Shown: in pieces, positions 17,149 through 26,680 of the stretch
How positions within the stretch are numbered: the stretch's first letter is position 1
Layout of the letters: every line of letters starts with the position of its first letter
From: Bdellovibrionia bacterium
Lineage (GTDB): Bacteria; Bdellovibrionota; UBA1018
Length of the DNA: 39,667 bases
Direction: 5' to 3'
Assembly: GCA_045805065.1 (NCBI GenBank)
Contig: JBJMMA010000193.1
Span: 1-39,667, forward strand
Notes under the pieces: generated by a model
What the model saw: the letters and a program-made list of their open reading frames with translations, nothing else
What the model was told of the DNA's origin: nothing
The model's database searches: none
Translations under genes and position numbers: made by a program

Positions 17149-17729
17149 ATTGTAAAGACGCCGATCACACCGCCGCGAAGCGTGACTTTATTTGCGCCTG
17201 CACCACCCGTGGTGGTGTTTCCGGTTTTGTGAACAAGAGCTCCCACGGTCGTGCGAGCCGTCACTTTATTGCCGCCCGAGCCGCCGGTAGAATTGATATT
17301 TCCGCCTGAAGCGATCCGAGTCGCAGTGGCGTTCAAGGTGCCTAAGTAGGCGTAAGTGTAATTGGCATTCGTCTGACCGTCACCGTTGACGATGGTCACT
17401 GTATCTGTCGCTGCAATCGGAGAGGATCCCGTCACGCAGGACGCGGTCAATGAGTTCACTACCGTCACGCTGGTACAAGGGATTCCGCCGATGGAAACCG
17501 TCATTCCATTCACAAAGCCAGTTCCAATGATGGTGACAGTTGTACCTCCGGCCTTTGGGCCGCTCGGAGGGGAGATCGCAAGAACACTGAAAAGCTTGAT
17601 TGACGTCAGCTGCTTTGTACCAATGAGCTGGGCCTTGGTACATGCTGATAGAGTGACAGCAATGCTCACACTGAGTGCAGCGTTGAGCAGCTTGCGGAAT
17701 TGCCGCGAGTACCCGATTTTTAACGTCAT
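17142..17729 (-). CDS. IPT/TIG-domain lipoprotein
   Basis: Lipobox LSAC; ISPPSGPKAGGTTVTIIGTGF IPT signature. Confidence 0.82.
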   Translation of the reverse strand: MTLKIGYSRQFRKLLNAALSVSIAVTLSACTKAQLIGTKQLTSIKLFSVLAISPPSGPKAGGTTVTIIGTGFVNGMTVSIGGIPCTSVTVVNSLTASCVTGSSPIAATDTVTIVNGDGQTNANYTYAYLGTLNATATRIASGGNINSTGGSGGNKVTARTTVGALVHKTGNTTTGGAGANKVTLRGGVIGVFTMH

Positions 17730-17779
17730 AAGGCTGACCTTTCATTTCTAAATACGTACAGCAGTGGTTTCAACCTAGC

Positions 17780-17807
17780 GTATCGAATGATAATGCTATT
17801 AACTTAA
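17780..17807 (-). promoter_or_regulatory. sigma28-like promoter for IPT lipoprotein
   Basis: TTAAGTTA-N12-TTCGATAC. Confidence 0.5.
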
Positions 17808-18024
17808 GTATAATAGTCAGGAAACGCCGCGTCAAAATTATTTATTTACTCGTAACTTATCGAAATGTAAGGGTTTTTGTATATTTATAGTTCAATTAAA
17901 TAATAGTACCCTTCGCCCTCCCTACCCACCTCAGGCGAACGGCGTATCTTATTGATTTTAAATAGCTCTTAGATAAGAAAAAGGCACTCACCTTGCTCCT
18001 TGGTCCTTTTAAAGGAGAAGGTTC

Positions 18025-18534
18025 ATGAACAACGAAAGCAATCAGCATCAGGATGCGATCAAGAAACTCGATCAACTGGTGAAGGGAATCCGTTTTGCCA
18101 TGCTGACAACGGTCGACGAGCAGGGAAATCTCCATAGCCGTCCCATGGCAACTCAGCAGGTCGACTTTGAAGGCGACTTTTGGTTCTTCACTGACGATAA
18201 CGCTCCCAAGTCTCTTCAGATCAAGAAAGAGCAGCATGTGAATCTCGCCTACTCACGCCCAGACGAGCATCGCTTTATCTCAGTGGCTGGTCGCGCTCAA
18301 ATCGTACACGACAAACAGAAAATGCAGGAACTCTGGAACCCCATGTACAAGACCTGGTTCCCTCAGGGACTCGACACTCCTCACATCTGTCTGATCAAAG
18401 TGAGCGTTGATCATGCCGAATACTGGGACACCCAATCCAGCGCCATGGTCCATCTGATTGGTTTTGCCAAGTCTCTCGCGACAGGTCAGCGTTACCATCC
18501 AGGAACGAACGAAAAACTGGATTTGACCGGCTGA
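18025..18534 (+). CDS. General stress protein 26 / pyridoxamine 5'-phosphate oxidase-like FMN-binding protein
   Basis: AMLTT...LHSRPM, FWFFT, WFPQG, AEYWD; AGGAG RBS. Confidence 0.9.
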   Translation: MNNESNQHQDAIKKLDQLVKGIRFAMLTTVDEQGNLHSRPMATQQVDFEGDFWFFTDDNAPKSLQIKKEQHVNLAYSRPDEHRFISVAGRAQIVHDKQKMQELWNPMYKTWFPQGLDTPHICLIKVSVDHAEYWDTQSSAMVHLIGFAKSLATGQRYHPGTNEKLDLTG

Positions 18535-18555
18535 TCACATCATCACGGCGTTTTT

Positions 18556-20442
18556 TTAATCTTTCATTGCGCGCGCAAAGGATCGACGGTTCTCAACTGT
18601 TTGCAGCAGCTCCTGATACCGATCGGAAAAATGTGTCTCAAGCGCTTGCCTGAGAGTTTCTGTGATCTGTTTGAGCTCCAAGCGGGCCTGGTTGATTTTA
18701 TTTTCCAGGTCCGCCTGGAAATCAGAGGGCAGCGAGATTCCATATCCTCTCGGCGCAAGCTTCTGAGGCGTAAGACTTTCCTCGAGCTCTTTTGCCCGCA
18801 TCACCGAATGAAGCAAAGTTCCATTCGGATCGAGTCGCGCACGGGAATCCTCGTCCTGCAGAAATTCTACAACCTGTTTAAAGAACGTCGCTTGCTGCTT
18901 TCGAACCAGGTAGGACTCCAAGATAAAGTATTGAGATGCGAGACTTGGCTGCTGCTTGAACTGATTCATCCGGTCACTGGCCTTCGTTTTTTCTAGATAA
19001 GAATCGAGATCCGCGCTTATTGCCTTTTCAACGTGAATCGCTTGAAAGGCGCGCTCGAGACGCGGCCTCTCCGATGCAAACAGATAGCCCTGCTCTTTGG
19101 CCTGTCTTCTATCCTGCACGAAACTCTCGTCCATCAGGCGCGCTCCCTTGAGCGCATCGTAGAGGCCAATCGGCGTAACAACATGCACGTCTTTATGAAA
19201 CTTGGGATCAGCGACAACAGATTTCAAGAGATTGAGAGCTTCCGTTGCGCAGTTGTTGGACAAAAACTGGTAACGCCCGTGATATTCCCAGAAAAGCTGC
19301 AACGATCGATACAGAAACTCACGCGTTTGATACTCACTCAGATTCAGAGGCAGGCTGATCAGATCACGCAGTTCGTCCGCATTATATTCGCGCATGACCT
19401 CAAGCAGAGAAAGCAGATAAAGTTGCGAAGGATAGTCGCCATTCATCCCCTTGAGAGGGCTGATCTCGTAACCCTGAACATTGGCTCGAAAGCTTACGAC
19501 CACATGATAGGAAACATCCTTTAAACACTCCGGACCAGGGGCCGCTCTCTCAGGAGCACAGAAAACGAGCCGGTACATCGCATGTCCCCAACGGCTCATC
19601 GTCTCTTTTCCCTGACTCGCAAACAGATAATGAACCTGGTAAAGTCTTTTTGGATCCAAACGCACAAAGCGCACTGCCGCGCCACTCACCTCTTCCTGAC
19701 TGAGTGGGACGGTTGCATTGATCTCACAAGGCTTCGCCGGACCGTTTAAAGGAAAAGGATTCCAGCCAAGCTCGGATGCAAGCTTATGAGCAAGCGCGGG
19801 CCTGCGACATTCAAACTCTGGGTCCATCGCAAATCGCTCAATGTTGACGGCAAGCCCTTCTTGAGAGCTCTCAAATTCAGAGACATCGGGAGAGCGGTCC
19901 GAAGTTTCTTCTCCAATGCGCCGCTTGGGAAGGATTCCACCAATCTCGGCAGCGCCTAAAAGTGTCTGCATCTGGGGATCGTTTGAAAGCCCGGCTTGGC
20001 GGTCATACACACGGGCTATTTCACGAATGAGCGTTGCCATGGCAAATTGATCAGCGCTCGCGTATCCGCAACCCCTTGGAAAAGCGGAACCACGAATCAT
20101 CGCTGTGCCAAGCGAACGCTCCAGAGTGATGATTCGCCCCTGACTTGAGCTCAGCTTGAACCCCATGATCTGATTCCACTGACAACGATTGAACCAATCG
20201 GACTCGACATCAGCGAATCGAATTCGAATTTCGCCGCCAATCGCGCGCTTCATTTTCTCAGGAAGTTTTCCGGAGACCTCAGAGAGAAAACGCTCCATGC
20301 CATTTATCTCATCTTTATTGAAAGCTGTGATCTCCTTGCGATCAAGACTCAGCCGGAAATCATCGGTCGCGCTGGACTGCGCGTTGAAACAGACAGTGAA
20401 GGAAGCAACCGCAACGAACCAACGAATCCATTGAAAGCGCAT
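18556..20442 (-). CDS. Secreted DUF4105 (Lnb N-terminal-like) protein
   Basis: Signal peptide; MSRWGH and Y.FLSNNC motifs. Confidence 0.85.
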   Translation of the reverse strand: MRFQWIRWFVAVASFTVCFNAQSSATDDFRLSLDRKEITAFNKDEINGMERFLSEVSGKLPEKMKRAIGGEIRIRFADVESDWFNRCQWNQIMGFKLSSSQGRIITLERSLGTAMIRGSAFPRGCGYASADQFAMATLIREIARVYDRQAGLSNDPQMQTLLGAAEIGGILPKRRIGEETSDRSPDVSEFESSQEGLAVNIERFAMDPEFECRRPALAHKLASELGWNPFPLNGPAKPCEINATVPLSQEEVSGAAVRFVRLDPKRLYQVHYLFASQGKETMSRWGHAMYRLVFCAPERAAPGPECLKDVSYHVVVSFRANVQGYEISPLKGMNGDYPSQLYLLSLLEVMREYNADELRDLISLPLNLSEYQTREFLYRSLQLFWEYHGRYQFLSNNCATEALNLLKSVVADPKFHKDVHVVTPIGLYDALKGARLMDESFVQDRRQAKEQGYLFASERPRLERAFQAIHVEKAISADLDSYLEKTKASDRMNQFKQQPSLASQYFILESYLVRKQQATFFKQVVEFLQDEDSRARLDPNGTLLHSVMRAKELEESLTPQKLAPRGYGISLPSDFQADLENKINQARLELKQITETLRQALETHFSDRYQELLQTVENRRSFARAMKD

Positions 20443-20627
20443 AGTTTGCGCAAGCTACTCGATTCTCCAAAGAACTGCAAAGCATGCTTCTCTTGCCACA
20501 CGTCGCTAACGCTGCGCAATTTCAATATCGCGCACAACAGCATGACAAAAACTTTGGAGGCACACGATTAACCATGCTAATGAGCAAACCAGCAGAACCT
20601 GGACTTACTCTAAGGAGAAGCCAAGCC

Positions 20628-20996
20628 GTGAAAAAACTCATTCTCTCATCGCTTTTGTTCACTAGTGTTATGCTCCCTAAATTCAGTGAAGCAGCCGCAT
20701 TTCTGGCTGATCTCACTCTCTCTCCAGTCAAGACAGTTCTTGAAATCGTCGTGAGCCCAACCGCAACGACGTTTGCCGGAACGCTCGCGACTGCTGATCG
20801 CACCGCAGATCGTCAGGAAATTATGAATGCTGTGGGATCGGATGCAGCAGATCATTTGAGCGGCGCAGACGAGACCCCTCTCCTCAAAGAGGTCCACTCG
20901 ATGCTCCGAAACGAGCTTGCTCGTCGCGGTGACACAAAGGCCTATTCGGATGTCGATCTCTCCCGAATGATTGCAGCCGAAATCAGCGAGCCTTAA
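20628..20996 (+). CDS. DUF2388-like small secreted protein
   Basis: AAGGAG RBS, GTG start, signal peptide, 'DAA..L.G...SD.DL...I' pattern. Confidence 0.6.
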   Translation: MKKLILSSLLFTSVMLPKFSEAAAFLADLTLSPVKTVLEIVVSPTATTFAGTLATADRTADRQEIMNAVGSDAADHLSGADETPLLKEVHSMLRNELARRGDTKAYSDVDLSRMIAAEISEP

Positions 20997-21642
20997 TCAG
21001 ATCAGAAATCAACGCTTGCATCGGGGCATCCACTCGATGCCCCGTATCAGCAAGCTCATAAAACCTGCCTTTTACACCGCGCCTGACAAGCTCTTGATGA
21101 GCCTTTTTTGCGTTCTCGCAAGACACCACATCATCTTTCGCCCCATGCACGGCATCCATCCGATACTTCACTGGATGTTCAAGCTCATCGACCAGGAATT
21201 CACAACCTAGCCCGATGACGTGATCAACCTTGGGCATGGCTTGCGCGATGAAAGGCGCAAGATATCCGCCTTGAGAGAATCCTATCAATGTGACGGGGAG
21301 ATCAGGCTTGCCAAGCTGTGAGGTGATATCCCGCACAAGCTCACCGATGAACCCAACCGCAATCTCCATATCCACATAGTACTCATCGGTAAAAGGATTC
21401 CAGAAGTACCAGGAGAAACCCATCCGATAGCCTGTTTCGGTGCGACGTGGCAATGGAAAGGGGCCATTAGGCGCTAAAATGGCCGCGTCATCGGGGAGTA
21501 CGCTTTTCAGCTTCTCCATCATTTTTTCTCCGGACTGCTCATAGCCGTGAAGCAAAACAACCAGACGTTTTGCGTCATGGGGCGCATGAAAAAAGTAGTC
21601 AGCAAATAAAAACGATGTGATGCGGGTGCGCATTCTCTTCAT
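20983..21642 (-). CDS. Phospholipase/carboxylesterase alpha/beta hydrolase
   Basis: LLHGY, GFSQG, HGAKDDVV, GH; start uncertain. Confidence 0.85.
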   Translation of the reverse strand: MKRMRTRITSFLFADYFFHAPHDAKRLVVLLHGYEQSGEKMMEKLKSVLPDDAAILAPNGPFPLPRRTETGYRMGFSWYFWNPFTDEYYVDMEIAVGFIGELVRDITSQLGKPDLPVTLIGFSQGGYLAPFIAQAMPKVDHVIGLGCEFLVDELEHPVKYRMDAVHGAKDDVVSCENAKKAHQELVRRGVKGRFYELADTGHRVDAPMQALISDLIKAR

Positions 21643-21680
21643 AAATGGAACGATTTTCAGTATGCTCTGAAGCACGACGA

Positions 21681-22433
21681 ATGGCAAACACCACTTCAAC
21701 TGCAACTATTAAGCATCTGTTAGTCGACCTCGATGGTACCCTCCTGGGGAACCGCAACCTTTATTTGTCGTATGACTTCGCTCGACAGGCGCTTTCTAGC
21801 TTGAAGGTCTACGGCGGGATGACTAAGGCAGCCCGGTTGCTCCTCTCCATCGGCCGCGAACTCAAGAAAACGTCCACGGATCTCACCAATGACATCCGCA
21901 TTGTTGAAACCTTCTCCAAACAGATGAACATCTCGATTGAGGAGGCTCGACGCGTTTTGCGCGACAGCGTGATGACCATCTTTCCTACTCTGGAAAAGCA
22001 CTTTTATCCGATCCAAGGAGCAAAGGACTTTTTGGACTGGGCAAGTCCACGTTATCCACTCACCCTGGCGACAAACCCAATCTGGCCGCCCGAGATCATT
22101 GAGCTTCGAGTGAAATGGGCTGGAATCGATCCATCCATCTTTGCCGACGTCACTCATGTACGCAGAATGCATGCGTACAAACCATCGCCTCAGTACTATG
22201 AGGAGATCTTGGAGCAGAACGGCCTCAAGGCAAGCGATTGCCTGCTGATTGGTGACAATATGAAAATGGATCTCCCGGCAACTCGTGTCGGAATCCGGGT
22301 TTTCATTGTGGGCGATTTCAAGAATCTCACGCCGATTCGTATTTCAAATGCGAAAGCGCAAGCCTGGAAAGGCAACTATCCTGCTCTTCGAAAACTTCTT
22401 GAAAGTCTTTCCAAAGAACTTGTTCAACAATAG
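21681..22433 (+). CDS. HAD-superfamily hydrolase
   Basis: DLDGTLL, LATN, KP, IGDN..MD. Confidence 0.88.
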   Translation: MANTTSTATIKHLLVDLDGTLLGNRNLYLSYDFARQALSSLKVYGGMTKAARLLLSIGRELKKTSTDLTNDIRIVETFSKQMNISIEEARRVLRDSVMTIFPTLEKHFYPIQGAKDFLDWASPRYPLTLATNPIWPPEIIELRVKWAGIDPSIFADVTHVRRMHAYKPSPQYYEEILEQNGLKASDCLLIGDNMKMDLPATRVGIRVFIVGDFKNLTPIRISNAKAQAWKGNYPALRKLLESLSKELVQQ

Positions 22434-22533
22434 TTAGATAGCTAGAGTTAGATAGCAGGAAATCAGACCGAGCAGCTTACGCTTTGCGTCGAATTTTCTT
22501 TTCACTCTTGCCAGGTGAGCTAAACTTCATGAA

Positions 22534-23829
22534 GTGTTGAAACGAACCTGTTACCGCTTTCTGAATTCCTTTCCTGCTGTAAGCCTGCGCACACAGGCCT
22601 GGCTGATTTCAACTGCGCTTCTTGTTCTCACCGCCATCCTGGGTGCAAAAGCTTACTCCGTCGCCCACACCCATTATCGCGAGATGAGCGAGCTGGTGAA
22701 CTACGATCTCTCGATCCAATCCCTGGTGAAAGAGCACAGCCTTCGTCAGCCCTTGGAAGTTTTCAGAGAGGAAAAGCTCACACAGGCGCATGAAACCGCA
22801 CTTGGGCTCTTTCGGCTGATCCTCTGGGCCATGCTGATCTCCGGAGCGGTCACGGCCTGGCTTCTCTATCTGTTCTTTCGAGGACTCGTTCGTCCTTTGC
22901 ATACGTTAAAAGCAGCCACACAGAGAATCGGAAGCGGGGAACTTTCCTGTCGCATCTCCACAGGGTCAGGTCTTCAGGAGCTCAGAGACCTGTCCAGCTC
23001 CTTCAACTCCATGGCTGAAAAGCTTCAGAAGCTTGATCAGGCCAAGACAGAGTTTTTGGCCATGATTTCCCATGAGATCAAGAATCCGCTAGCCGCTCTC
23101 AAGGAAGGACTCAATCTTCTATCCACTCGTAATGAGGACCTCAGTCCTGCCGCCCGCGCTAAAGGATTTGCTGCATGCTTGATCGCATCCAAGCGCCTCG
23201 AGTCCATGATCAATAACCTGCTTCAGAACTCACGCATGGAGGCAGGCTTCTTTCGACAAGACATGCGCTTCAAGGATCTTCATCTGCCGCTTCAGACCGC
23301 AATCGACGAAGTGAGACCCATGGCGGAAAAGCGACAGATCCGCTTTGATTTCTCGCCGGAAAGCGGAAGCATGATGGCCACGTTCAGCTCAGACGGCATG
23401 ATCCAGGTCTTTGAGAACCTGTTTCTGAACGCCATCAAGTACGGATCTGAGAACAGCACAATTGAAGTTCGGGCCTCCCTCACCCGGAGACCGGCTCAGA
23501 ACAAGGGCGATCCGATCCCTCAAGTCATGATCGAGATCAGCAATTCCGGTCCAACGATTGATGACTCTGAAATCAAACGCATCTTTGAACGCTTTTACCG
23601 TGGCTCCAATCTGGGAGCCGCAAGCGCTACGAGCATGACCCCAAGCGGGATGGGACTGGGACTTCATGTCGTCAAAACCATCATTGAGGCCCATCATGGC
23701 GAAATTACGGTTCACTCGCTCAAGGGGCGCACCACTTTCAAGATTTATCTGCCAATCGGAGTTGAGCCAGAAATAGAGCGCCACTCTCGACCCAGTTCGA
23801 ACGTAGTAGCTTATCACAGTACCTTATAA
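22534..23829 (+). CDS. HAMP-domain sensor histidine kinase
   Basis: Two TMs, HAMP, SHEIKNPL, NLFLNAIKY, GMGLGL. Confidence 0.92.
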   Translation: MLKRTCYRFLNSFPAVSLRTQAWLISTALLVLTAILGAKAYSVAHTHYREMSELVNYDLSIQSLVKEHSLRQPLEVFREEKLTQAHETALGLFRLILWAMLISGAVTAWLLYLFFRGLVRPLHTLKAATQRIGSGELSCRISTGSGLQELRDLSSSFNSMAEKLQKLDQAKTEFLAMISHEIKNPLAALKEGLNLLSTRNEDLSPAARAKGFAACLIASKRLESMINNLLQNSRMEAGFFRQDMRFKDLHLPLQTAIDEVRPMAEKRQIRFDFSPESGSMMATFSSDGMIQVFENLFLNAIKYGSENSTIEVRASLTRRPAQNKGDPIPQVMIEISNSGPTIDDSEIKRIFERFYRGSNLGAASATSMTPSGMGLGLHVVKTIIEAHHGEITVHSLKGRTTFKIYLPIGVEPEIERHSRPSSNVVAYHSTL

Positions 23830-23838
23830 GGGAGCACC

Positions 23839-25320
23839 TTGATCATGAAGGATCGAATTTGGCTGATTGATGATGATGAGCAACTCACTGACATCTTGTC
23901 ACTTACTTTGGAGACTCATGGCTATCTGGTCGAGGTTTCACGATCGTCAGGACAGGCTCTTGACCTGCTCCAGAAGCGCGAGCCAATCCAGGACTCCTCA
24001 GCCGTGCTATTGGATCTGCGCCTTGCGGATCAGGACGGCCTGACACTTCTGCCACGCATCCGGGAAGAGCTGCCAGAAGTCCCCGTCTTCATCATCACGG
24101 CTCACGGGGACGTTGACTCGGCAGTCGAGGCATTTACGCTTGGAGCAAGCGGCTATTTCAGAAAGCCATTTGAGGATGGAGAGCTCACGGAAAAGCTCAG
24201 ACAAGCCATTGATCAATATCGCCTGAAGCAAGAAGTTCAAGTTCTGCGATCGCGCTCCCTTGCCAACGAGAACCTGCCTCGGGTGAACGATCTGATTCCA
24301 TCACGTGACCCGGCGATGGGTCCGCTCTTGAAGAAAGTCGAGATGGCCGCAAACGTGATGAGCAACTGCGTGATTCATGGCGAGAGCGGCACCGGTAAAG
24401 AGCTCGTGGCACGTGCGCTTCATCGCTTGAGCCCGCGCCGAAACGGCCCTTTCATCGCGTTCAACTGTGCCGCACTTCCAGAGTCACTCATGGAAAGCGA
24501 GCTATTCGGACACGCCCGAGGCGCGTTCACGGACGCCAAGGAAGCCAAAGCAGGCTTATTCATGCGCGCCAACGGCGGCACCCTGTTCCTGGACGAGATT
24601 GGCGATGCCCCGCTATCCATTCAAGCCAAGCTTCTCCGCGTGCTGCAGGAAAAAGAAATTCTTCCACTGGGAGCCACCACTCCGGTCAAAGTTGACGTCC
24701 GTGTCGTTGCGGCAACCCATAAATGTCTCAAAACTGAAGTCGAGCAGAAACGGTTCAGGCTTGATCTGTACTACCGGCTTCATGTCCTGCGACTTGAAAT
24801 TCCGGCGCTTCGCGAGCGCCCCCGGGACATCATCTTTCTGGGCTCCTTCTTTGCCGAAAAGCTTGCACGCGAGATGAACCTCATGTTCCGGGGTTTTACG
24901 GGTGCAGCACAAACGGAAATGGAACGATATGCCTGGCCCGGAAATGTACGCGAGCTTCAGAACCGAATCGAGCAGGCCATGGCATTGGGTGGCGGTGGAA
25001 TCATTCCGTCGCGCAACCTTTTCCCTGAAAGAGAAGCGCCTGATGCAGGTGATGAGGACATGGAAACTCTTTTCGAGGACAACAAAGAGCTGCCTCGCGA
25101 TGAAGCCCCCCTGCCTTCCTATCAAGAAGCCAAGAGCGACTTTGAGAAAAACTATCTGGAACGAGTGCTCCATGCAGCCAAAGGAAACATCGCCAAGGCA
25201 GCGCGCATGGCCTCAAAGTCTCGGACCGAGGTCTACGGGCTACTCAGAAAGCATGGACTGAATCCGCTGGTTTTCAAGAATTCAGACGCTGAGGAAATGA
25301 GTTCAAACAGGGAGGCTTAA
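23839..25320 (+). CDS. sigma54-dependent NtrC-family response regulator (GlrR-like)
   Basis: REC domain, GESGTGKE, ESELFGHARGAFTDA, WPGNVREL, Fis-type HTH. Confidence 0.93.
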   Translation: MIMKDRIWLIDDDEQLTDILSLTLETHGYLVEVSRSSGQALDLLQKREPIQDSSAVLLDLRLADQDGLTLLPRIREELPEVPVFIITAHGDVDSAVEAFTLGASGYFRKPFEDGELTEKLRQAIDQYRLKQEVQVLRSRSLANENLPRVNDLIPSRDPAMGPLLKKVEMAANVMSNCVIHGESGTGKELVARALHRLSPRRNGPFIAFNCAALPESLMESELFGHARGAFTDAKEAKAGLFMRANGGTLFLDEIGDAPLSIQAKLLRVLQEKEILPLGATTPVKVDVRVVAATHKCLKTEVEQKRFRLDLYYRLHVLRLEIPALRERPRDIIFLGSFFAEKLAREMNLMFRGFTGAAQTEMERYAWPGNVRELQNRIEQAMALGGGGIIPSRNLFPEREAPDAGDEDMETLFEDNKELPRDEAPLPSYQEAKSDFEKNYLERVLHAAKGNIAKAARMASKSRTEVYGLLRKHGLNPLVFKNSDAEEMSSNREA

Positions 25321-25327
25321 CCGCCCC

Positions 25328-25432
25328 CTTCTTCTCGACATTCAAGGTGGAGGAGAGAATCTTGGATGTCGAGAGGAAGAGTTCAGGCGTTCTTCACGCG
25401 CTTTTGGGGCGCCGTGGTCGCACCCCAAAAGC
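25328..25432. terminator. Two hairpins between convergent genes (terminator/stabiliser-like)
   Basis: 21-bp stem 25328-25379 with three G-U pairs on + strand; GCTTTTGGGG/CCCCAAAAGC stem 25400-25432 that pairs better on - strand; no clear U-tracts. Confidence 0.5.
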
Positions 25433-25500
25433 CAGAGAAGACTTTTAAAGACTGTGTGTGGGTTGTGGAAAAAATCGAATCAGGTTTTTTGAGTTACGTA

Positions 25501-25689
25501 CTAGCAAACTCCGACGGCAGGTAGCCACTCCGAGAACCGAAACAGTTCTTCATCCGCTTTGCAGGTTCGGCAGAACCGGTCGTACTTCGATGAGGCACGA
25601 AACATCTTGTGGCAGAGATTGCAACGAAGATGGTCTGCGCCCACTTTTCTCTCACGCTTCTTTTCGGTCAGGAACATTTTCAGTTTCAT
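25501..25689 (-). CDS. 62-aa CxxC-x13-CxxC zinc-ribbon microprotein
   Basis: AAAGGAG RBS 7 nt before ATG; CNLC...CRTC; own promoter. Confidence 0.78.
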   Translation of the reverse strand: MKLKMFLTEKKRERKVGADHLRCNLCHKMFRASSKYDRFCRTCKADEELFRFSEWLPAVGVC

Positions 25690-25734
25690 CGGGATACTCC
25701 TTTCTAAAGTCATCGTCGGTATGGAGCTATCTAA

Positions 25735-25751
25735 AGCAACGACCGTACCAA
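25735..25751 (-). promoter_or_regulatory. sigma54 -24/-12 promoter
   Basis: TTGGTACGGTCGTTGCT (GG-N10-GC). Confidence 0.85.
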
Positions 25752-25809
25752 CTCAGACCCGTCGCGTAATCAAATTGAAGCGACACTGAGAAAATCCCGG
25801 ATGGAAAAA

Positions 25810-25870
25810 TGTACTAAGTTCCGTACACGTGCGGATATCAACTGTGTACTGCTGTACCAAGCTCAGTACA
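25810..25870. promoter_or_regulatory. Two enhancer (UAS) palindromes TGTAC-N8-GTACA
   Basis: TGTACTAAGTTCCGTACA (25810-25827) and TGTACCAAGCTCAGTACA (25853-25870). Confidence 0.75.
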
Positions 25871-25893
25871 AAGCGCTGAAGCCGGGTGGAAAT

Positions 25894-26523
25894 TCAGATC
25901 CAGTCGTAGTTGAAACTGATGCTGACCCGATCCACGCTTGCGCGATTGGCGGGAACTTCATGCTTGAGCCAGCTCTCAAAAAGCAGAATCTCGCCGGGCT
26001 TGCAGAGGAGATTGATGTATCGCTGATTCTCTTCCCGGGCTGAAGCTTTTCTGGGCGGCGATCCCATAAAGCAGGTGATGCGAGGATCCTCGATCTTGAA
26101 AGTTCCGGAGTCTTTTGGAACCTTCACATAGTAAGTCCCGCTGATTGCTGACAATGGATGCAAGTGAAAGCTGTGGTGCGCGTTCGTGCCCATGATGTTG
26201 ATCCAGAACGAGGAGATCGCGAGACGCTTCCCTTGAAGATCCATTTCCAGATGCTTGGCAAAGGACATCACTTCCTTGTCGATTGCCTGCTTGAGCGCTT
26301 CAAAACCGCTCGAGCGCTCATGGAGGTTCGCGATCGACGAGTAGGAGGTATAGCCTGCGACATAATTTTTCTTGGACCAGCGTCTTCCGGCATCGTCCAT
26401 CTCGCGAAACGCATAACACTCCCTCAGCAGGGAATCATTGAACGCATCGACCGATTTGTTCCGCCCAGGGGGTTTGAGGTTTGCGCGCCAAACGGAGGTT
26501 GGGAAGAGCTTCTGAATTGCCAT
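25894..26523 (-). CDS. TIGR02466-family putative 2OG-Fe(II) oxygenase
   Basis: LFPT start, GYTSY, HSFHLH, SGTYYV, FESWLKHEV, RVSISFN. Confidence 0.85.
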   Translation of the reverse strand: MAIQKLFPTSVWRANLKPPGRNKSVDAFNDSLLRECYAFREMDDAGRRWSKKNYVAGYTSYSSIANLHERSSGFEALKQAIDKEVMSFAKHLEMDLQGKRLAISSFWINIMGTNAHHSFHLHPLSAISGTYYVKVPKDSGTFKIEDPRITCFMGSPPRKASAREENQRYINLLCKPGEILLFESWLKHEVPANRASVDRVSISFNYDWI

Positions 26524-26680
26524 AATAGCCTTGCTTGTACCGGGCAAGATCTCGAAATTCAACAAGCACTCTTTATACGTCTGCCTACTCTCTGGACACT
26601 TTGAGAGCCAGAGAACCTTGCAACTTGTTGAATTCACAAGGCAGTTTAGTGGTATCTACCTTGCTTTATCACGTCATCAG

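Noticed and set aside
25328..25432. GlmY-like sRNA next to the GlrR-like gene
   Set aside because: No separate promoter seen; G-U polarity fits one 3' hairpin for each convergent transcript
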